A stretch of 21,940 nucleotides of DNA from Leptolyngbyaceae cyanobacterium (GTDB lineage Bacteria; Cyanobacteriota; Cyanobacteriia; Phormidesmidales; Phormidesmidaceae), in the NCBI GenBank assembly GCA_050331235.1, contig JBHJHA010000004.1:1-21940 (forward strand), given 5' to 3'. Made by a program: the position numbers and the translations under genes. Below the pieces are notes generated by a model, which saw only the letters and a program-made list of their open reading frames with translations, was not told where the DNA came from and did not search any database. Shown one piece after another: positions 16,943 to 21,940 of this stretch. Positions within the stretch are counted from its first letter, which is position 1, and each line of letters begins with the position of its first letter.

Positions 16943-17034
16943 ACCTGCTGAAACAGCGTGATTTGCGGCAAATAGCGCCATAACCCGTAGTAAATTGGTT
17001 GGCAAGACCGTGTAACCATTTGTGAGGAATTACC

Positions 17035-17784
17035 ATGGCCTTCTTGCTTTCTTCTTTAAAGAGTGTGGCGATCGCTGGGGCTATGAGCCTAAGCTTCGTT
17101 TCCGGTGCCATTGCTGCTCCCGAAAAAGACTTCACCGTAGCGCAAAATACGCCAACAACACTACCGGGTGATTTACTGCCGGACGCTGATATCGTCACCG
17201 TCGCTGACAGCATCGATGATTTCAGTACACTCGTGGCGGCGATCGAAGCGGCTGGCTTGGATGACGAGCTGATGGGCGATGGTCCTTTCACCGTGTTTGC
17301 ACCGACCAACGAAGCCTTCGCCGACTTTGATGATTTACTCGACAGCCGCTACGGCTTGGGAGTTAGCGACCTGCTGGAGCCCGCTAACCTGGACCTCCTG
17401 AGAGAAGTTTTGGCCTATCATGTCGTTCCCGGTGCAGCCCTGACCTCTGGCGACATTCCGAATGGCGTCACCATGCTAGAAGCCGCTGACGGCAGCATGA
17501 TTCAGGTCAACCGAGGGGGAGACGATATCAATGTTCAAAGCGTCCCCGTCACCGCTTTTGACGTTCCGGCTTCTAATGGTGTCATTCACGTCGTTGATGA
17601 TGTGTTGCTCCCCCCCGACGTAATTGCACAGTTGGAAGAAAATCGCGCGGTTGCTGAAACGGTGCCCGCTGAATCCACCACGACCACTACTACGCCGCCA
17701 GCGACGACCACGACAGCGCCGGCGACCACAGCCCCGACGACCACCGAAGCAGCTCCTGCGGAGCCCGTTCGCGGTCTTTGGTAA
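17035..17784 (+). CDS. Secreted fasciclin (FAS1) domain protein with Thr/Pro/Ala-rich tail
   Basis: Signal peptide ending AIA, FSTLVAAIEAAGL, GPFTVFAPTNEAF, VLAYHVVPG and ASNGVIHVVDDVLLP; GAGGA RBS; C-terminal PVRGLW. Confidence 0.94.
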   Translation: MAFLLSSLKSVAIAGAMSLSFVSGAIAAPEKDFTVAQNTPTTLPGDLLPDADIVTVADSIDDFSTLVAAIEAAGLDDELMGDGPFTVFAPTNEAFADFDDLLDSRYGLGVSDLLEPANLDLLREVLAYHVVPGAALTSGDIPNGVTMLEAADGSMIQVNRGGDDINVQSVPVTAFDVPASNGVIHVVDDVLLPPDVIAQLEENRAVAETVPAESTTTTTTPPATTTTAPATTAPTTTEAAPAEPVRGLW

Positions 17785-17805
17785 GTGTGTTAGCTGACTA
17801 GCCCC

Positions 17806-17835
17806 GCCCCAGGCAGAGTTGCCTGGGGCATTTTT
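17806..17835 (+). terminator. Rho-independent terminator of the fasciclin gene
   Basis: GCCCCAGGCA-GAGT-TGCCTGGGGC is a perfect 10-bp stem followed by ATTTTT, about 20 nt after the stop. Confidence 0.88.
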
Positions 17836-18021
17836 ATTGGCCTCGCAGCGCTCGGCGGTCAGTAAGGAAACGCCACCATCGAGATCAGCAGCGGCCGCTG
17901 CCGCTAATCTGTTGAGACTAAGTCTTTAATTTCTGTAGTTTTGTTTCATAATGGTGGCTGGTCTGGGCTTGTTCGACAAAATGAGCCCCATTATTGCCTA
18001 GCTGGTGGCGTGAGAGAGTAT

Positions 18022-18459
18022 ATGGCCTTACCCCAACCCATCCTTGATGTTGAGCCTTCAGAAAAGCTGCAGTCACTACGTTGCAAACGGCAGCAGCAAA
18101 ATCAGCGATCGCACCACTCGGTTCAGTTTCGGGCGTTTGGCTGGGAACTTACCGGCAAGCTCACCGTCAATTTATTGCTGACACTGGTAGCTTTGGCGGC
18201 CTTGGTCAAACTGATTCCCTATTACCAAACGCAGCGTCAGGTGCTGCAAGATTTGGACCTCTCGATTGACACCCTACAGGCCCATAATCAGCGACTACGG
18301 GGCGATTTTAGCCGTTATTTTGACCCAGCGCAGACGAGCCAAGTCCTACAGGAAAACGGTGCCCGAGAATCGGCTCAGCATGTGCCCATTGTCTGGGTTG
18401 ATAAGCTGCCCACGCCACCGACAGACGCGCCGACGGCGGAGGCCCCAGCCACCGAGTAA
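18022..18459 (+). CDS. Bitopic coiled-coil protein, putative FtsL/FtsB-like cell-division protein (slr1601-like)
   Basis: Basic N-region, a single TM (KLTVNLLLTLVALAALVKLIPYY), a heptad coiled coil and RYFDPAQ. ATG 18022 is preferred over TTG 17941. Confidence 0.72.
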   Translation: MALPQPILDVEPSEKLQSLRCKRQQQNQRSHHSVQFRAFGWELTGKLTVNLLLTLVALAALVKLIPYYQTQRQVLQDLDLSIDTLQAHNQRLRGDFSRYFDPAQTSQVLQENGARESAQHVPIVWVDKLPTPPTDAPTAEAPATE

Positions 18460-18570
18460 TACCCATTCTCTGTAATAGCCCTGTAGATTTGACGATTCCC
18501 CGCTGTCGCTGCCCCCTTAAAGAAGGGTCTTTGAAGACTCTGTGTGTAGTCGTGATTCGCAGAAATAATA
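18460..18570. mobile_element. MITE-like element, copy 2 (111 bp), flanked by a TAA direct repeat
   Basis: TAA|TACCCATTCTCTG...CGCAGAAATAATA|TAA. The core TCCCCGCTGTCGCTGCCCCCTT is shared with copy 1, and the right half is shared with 21745-21799. Confidence 0.75.
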
Positions 18571-18668
18571 TAAGTAGTTTAACTGGCTGAGACTTCTACC
18601 CAGAGTCATGCTGCCAACCAACCATTTGACCCTGTAGAGTTTCTGGCTGTCTGGGTTTTACCCATCAG

Positions 18669-19373
18669 CTATTCTGGGCGAATCGGCTCAATATCGGCTT
18701 GATGCTCACACCGATAGCCCCGCTGACTCCACGCGGCTAAGTCGACGGATTCTAGGGACATAAGGGCCGGGCACCGAGGCTGATAAACATAACTCACAAG
18801 TGCCCAGCCCAGCGATCGCCCCACGTCTAAAACTGTTTTGATCAGGTTTTCAGCATTGCCGGGGGTACCGATTTCTTCAACTAGCTCCATCTCGACCCAA
18901 ATGCCATGGCTGCCAAGCATAATTTTGCCGAGCCAGGCAGCCCGTGGCACATGGGTCGGAGAGGTCACCACGATGACATGACTGACCTGCCACTGCTTCA
19001 AGCTAGGTAAGCTATAGCGAAAATTATCAAAGGTCGATTGCGCACAGGTTTCTAGCCAGACGTTAGTCAAAGGGGCTTCTGCCCGCTCGAATAACGTGCG
19101 AATGCAGGGCGGCTTCGATCCCTGGGAGATGAGAACTGGCACAGGGGAGCCCTGGGCCATCATTTTGGCGATCGCCAGTTCCCTGCGGATACTCCCGCCT
19201 AACACTAAAATACCGTCTGGGGGGGCATGGGCATGGCGATAAAGCTGGGTACCAACACTACTCAGCCACAGAGTCAGGGCTACGAGCAGTAGCCACAGCC
19301 ACCAACGGCAGCGGCGCCAATGCTTTAGAAGTCGCACAAATCGTTCAATTCCCCTTGATTTAGACTGTGCCAT
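18669..19373 (-). CDS. YdcF (DUF218) family protein
   Basis: N-terminal TM, ILVLGG, AQSTFDNF and VVTSPTHVPRA. Confidence 0.9.
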   Translation of the reverse strand: MAQSKSRGIERFVRLLKHWRRCRWWLWLLLVALTLWLSSVGTQLYRHAHAPPDGILVLGGSIRRELAIAKMMAQGSPVPVLISQGSKPPCIRTLFERAEAPLTNVWLETCAQSTFDNFRYSLPSLKQWQVSHVIVVTSPTHVPRAAWLGKIMLGSHGIWVEMELVEEIGTPGNAENLIKTVLDVGRSLGWALVSYVYQPRCPALMSLESVDLAAWSQRGYRCEHQADIEPIRPE

Positions 19374-19417
19374 TCAACGCCTAACCGGCCCCATAGAAGC
19401 TAGCGTGTCTCCCCGCA

Positions 19418-20224
19418 TCAGGTTGACCGTGACAGCAGGGCGACAATCTGATCCTGCGTTTTAGGCCGATAGGATTTGGCGATGTATTGGTCAACATGGC
19501 GAAAGATAGATATTGGTGGCGCGGTGCGACAAGAAAAGAACTCAACCAATACGGACTGATCATCTTGAATTTGAATTTTGGGCGAGAGATTAGCGAATGG
19601 CTTTTGGGTGCGCCACTGCCATTCGCGATTAGCGGGGGGAGATGCGATTAGACGATGGTGAGTCCAGCGGCAGTTTTGGCCGCTACGCCCCAACTCTTTC
19701 AACTCGCGGAGCAAAATTGAGGCGGAAATGTAAGAGGCTGGGGAGCGATCGCCCGCCATGCCATCCATGATGTTGCCCAGGACGCCTTTAGGATGGGGAG
19801 GAATCGCACCCACACCAGCACTTTCGATCGCGGATTCCAGGGCTGCCGTGGTGCTCATGAGCTCGGGTAGCGCCCAAGTCACCCCCATGCCCCCCATCGA
19901 CTGGCGCTGAAGAAACGTGACCAGCTTCACTTTGTCTTTAATCGTGAGACCCGGCAGCTTGGCCAGGGCAGCGGCCGGGTCGATGGTGCTGATATACCAA
20001 CGACCTTCGGCATTAGGTGCCGCTCCCTCATCGTCTCCAAACCCACCCACCCGAAACAAATCGCCTAAGGCATCCAACGAAGCTGGAACCATAGACTCAA
20101 CCGCCGCCGCCAAGGCTTGGCTATCGGTCACTGGTTGCTGCTCTGAGGCAGGCAGTACCAGCTGAGATTGAATGTATCGTCGTACTTTTTGTACAACGTC
20201 GATAGAGAATTTCTGTAGAGCCAT
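19418..20224 (-). CDS. Hypothetical protein
   Basis: 268-aa ORF with normal composition and a HIP1 site, co-oriented with its neighbours; no family recognised. Confidence 0.85.
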   Translation of the reverse strand: MALQKFSIDVVQKVRRYIQSQLVLPASEQQPVTDSQALAAAVESMVPASLDALGDLFRVGGFGDDEGAAPNAEGRWYISTIDPAAALAKLPGLTIKDKVKLVTFLQRQSMGGMGVTWALPELMSTTAALESAIESAGVGAIPPHPKGVLGNIMDGMAGDRSPASYISASILLRELKELGRSGQNCRWTHHRLIASPPANREWQWRTQKPFANLSPKIQIQDDQSVLVEFFSCRTAPPISIFRHVDQYIAKSYRPKTQDQIVALLSRST

Positions 20225-20393
20225 AGGGGGGCTACATCCGGGGTGCTCTATTTAGTAATCCCTGGTCAGAATTGCAAATGCTCACGCTTAGTGAAGAATG
20301 CGGATTTTCGTTAGCTTACGTTATATTCCTAGGCTCACCCGAGCAGGCCAGGAATATCAACCAGCAACTAGACGGCAAGCGGCGGCTCTCGGC

Positions 20394-21488
20394 TCAGGCC
20401 CAATCACCAACAGCGACCCACAGACCTCGCTCATGGGACTGATGAGCTCGATCCATCAGCAATTGTGAATAGACGCCATCGGTAATTGAGGGAGCGTGAT
20501 TCACGCCGGTATCTATACAGTTGACCCAGTGATCAACGACTCGGATAAATGGCGCCAAACGACCATCATCATAGGTTTTTGGAAATGCCAACGCCGCTGG
20601 AATTGCCAGTTGTTGCAGGGGTTCTCCCGCTGGAGCACCAAACAGGTTAAACCCATGCACGTAGTCCTTAAGATTGTCACTGCCAAGGACAAGCGTGCCG
20701 CGATCGCCATAAACCTCAACCCAGTGCCCCCGACCGCTATAGGTGACTGAGCTTAGGGTCACCTGGCAGGGCGTACCATCGGCCATCTCGAGCATCAGTG
20801 TGCAGGTATCGTCTGCATTAACGGGTTTTAACTCGCCCGTTTTGGGATCGGGCCGCTGGGAAATGGCCGTCGTCAGGTTGGCACTGAGACGCTTGATCGG
20901 GCCAAATAGCCACACCAAATAGTCAAAAGTGTGGGAGGCAAAAGCGCCTAGGGCACCTCCGCCTTGCTCTTGACGAGCATACCAGTTCCAGGCCCGTTCG
21001 GGGTTGGCCCGTCCCGGCACCAGCCAATCGACTTTAATCAGCCGGGGGGTGCCCACATACCCTTCAGCCAGTTTCGCTTTGAGTTGCTGCCACGCGGGCA
21101 CAAAGCGAAACTCAAAATCCATGACGGCCACCCGCTGTTGCTGCTGGGCGATCTGCTCAATCTCAAGGGCTTCCTGTACGGTCAGCGCCGTCGGCTTTTC
21201 TAACAAAACGTGCTTACCAGCTTGCAGCGCCGCGATCGCCATCCCATGGCGCAAAAATGGCGGCGTAGCCAGGGTGACAGCTTGCACCGCGGGCTGCTCT
21301 AGGACCTGCTCTAGGGTATTGCAGGCAGAGGGAATCTGATGTTTAGCAGCGATCGCTTGAGCCGTTTCAGCATCGCGATGGTAGACCGCTAACACCTCAG
21401 TCCGATGATGAATTTGCAAGCCCGGAATATGGATCTTTTGTCCAAAGCCAGTCCCAATTACTGCCACTCCGATGGTTTGCCCGGTCAT
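20394..21488 (-). CDS. Gfo/Idh/MocA family NAD(P)-dependent oxidoreductase
   Basis: VAVIGTGFG Rossmann motif, ATPP, GKHVLLEKP, DFEFRF and GGGALGAFASHTFD; GAGGA RBS upstream. Confidence 0.95.
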   Translation of the reverse strand: MTGQTIGVAVIGTGFGQKIHIPGLQIHHRTEVLAVYHRDAETAQAIAAKHQIPSACNTLEQVLEQPAVQAVTLATPPFLRHGMAIAALQAGKHVLLEKPTALTVQEALEIEQIAQQQQRVAVMDFEFRFVPAWQQLKAKLAEGYVGTPRLIKVDWLVPGRANPERAWNWYARQEQGGGALGAFASHTFDYLVWLFGPIKRLSANLTTAISQRPDPKTGELKPVNADDTCTLMLEMADGTPCQVTLSSVTYSGRGHWVEVYGDRGTLVLGSDNLKDYVHGFNLFGAPAGEPLQQLAIPAALAFPKTYDDGRLAPFIRVVDHWVNCIDTGVNHAPSITDGVYSQLLMDRAHQSHERGLWVAVGDWA

Positions 21489-21679
21489 GCCATATTCCTC
21501 AACTGCTCACCTTGATCACATTCGCCATTGTGTCATCCCAGCTGACCCTTCGCTGCACCCAAAGCATCTCCACCGAGCGATTATGGGCACCGGAAAAGTG
21601 ATGGCTGCGAGATTCACCTGATGGGGCTATTAAAGTTATGGAGATATACAGATTGTGAAAGGCCCCGCCCGATACCTTG

Positions 21680-21735
21680 CACTCAGAACTGAGAGCCCAA
21701 AGCCTGTAACCTATAGCCCAAACCCCAGAACCTAG
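21680..21735. repeat. Degenerate heptamer tandem repeat (STRR-like)
   Basis: CACTCAG AACTGAG AGCCCAA AGCCTGT AACCTAT AGCCCAA ACCCCAG AACCTAG: 8 units of period 7. Confidence 0.65.
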
Positions 21736-21744
21736 CCCCCTTAA

Positions 21745-21799
21745 CACTATTTCTGCGAATCCCGACTACACATAGAGTCTTCCAAGCCCCTTTTTCAAA
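21745..21799 (-). mobile_element. MITE-like element, copy 3, inverted and interrupted
   Basis: TAA|CACTATTTCTGCGAATCCCGACTACACATAGAGTCTTCCAAGCCCCTTTTTCAAA aligns without gaps to the reverse complement of the copy 2 right half. Similarity ends at about 21800. Confidence 0.78.
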
Positions 21800-21812
21800 G
21801 GCATTTATATAC

Positions 21813-21841
21813 TTGACTAACCAAAACATTAGAACTACAAT
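21813..21841 (+). promoter_or_regulatory. Sigma70-type promoter for the terminal ORF
   Basis: TTGACT (21813-21818), a 17-nt spacer, then TACAAT (21836-21841), about 30 nt upstream of ATG 21871. Confidence 0.75.
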
Positions 21842-21870
21842 AGTGTTATCGGTTGGAATGGTATTAAGAA

Positions 21871-21940
21871 ATGTCGGACGCATTAGCCAACATCAAAACG
21901 CTTCAGCAGGCAGTTGTCTACTTTTCAGATCAAGATAACG
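21871..21940 (+). CDS. Probable IS1595-family transposase, N-terminus (truncated by window end)
   Basis: MSDALANIKTLQQAVVYFSDQDN resembles the recalled KTL.Q/EA..YFSD...C segment that precedes RWPxG and the zinc ribbon in IS1595 transposases. Only 23 codons are visible. Confidence 0.65.
   Translation, partial: MSDALANIKTLQQAVVYFSDQDN

Larger units (their letters stand above)
336..21356. repeat. Dispersed HIP1 octamers (GCGATCGC)
   Basis: More than 30 copies counted by eye (e.g. 336, 631, 6321, 7061, 9971, 12841), against about 0.3 expected for a random 8-mer in 22 kb. This is a hallmark of many cyanobacterial genomes. Confidence 0.95.
21800..21940 (+). mobile_element. IS1595-family-like element, left end (continues beyond window)
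   Basis: It begins GGCATTTAT, similar to the ggnnatTAT end of the ISNwi1 group, and is followed by a promoter and a transposase-like N-terminus. Confidence 0.65.

Noticed and set aside
16636..17309. Minus-strand ORFs 16636-17019, 16775-17005 and 16941-17309
   Set aside because: They overlap each other, cross the fasciclin promoter or CDS, and have no recognisable features.
20323..20357. Hairpin ATATTCCT...AGGAATAT downstream of the oxidoreductase
   Set aside because: Plausible 3' structure, but with no U-tract it cannot be supported as an intrinsic terminator.
1887..21339. Numerous antisense or alternate-frame ORFs nested in the main genes
   Set aside because: Shadow ORFs of well-supported CDSs with no independent evidence.
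21499..21883. Minus-strand ORFs 21499-21747 and 21683-21883
   Set aside because: They are read-throughs of the heptamer repeat, MITE and IS end.

Overview
Cyanobacterial chromosomal segment: the HIP1 octamer GCGATCGC occurs more than 30 times by eye, and several genes belong to cyanobacteria-typical families. It is mostly housekeeping, stress and ion-transport genes: truB, an HD-domain protein, a NemR-like TetR regulator plus a peroxiredoxin-like gene, ychJ, an RCK-type channel, a HlyC/CorC protein, a PPOX flavoprotein, two Ca2+/cation antiporters, a GH13 glycosidase, MscS, an App1-like phosphatase, a fasciclin protein, a putative FtsL/FtsB-like protein, YdcF and a Gfo/Idh/MocA oxidoreductase. 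The ORF track misses several things. The window opens with the 3' end and right IR of an IS982-family element. It closes with the left end, sigma70 promoter and transposase start of an IS1595-like element that appears to have inserted into a MITE. Three related MITE copies are present, one duplicating a TAA stop codon. There are three NemR-type operator boxes (two as an exact tandem duplication) and two extended NtcA boxes, one in front of an unannotated basic ORF. I see no CRISPR array, RNA gene or clear defence system, and no convincing large novel system. The best leads are the nested mobile elements and the small regulatory modules. All family assignments come from motif recognition, not database searches.
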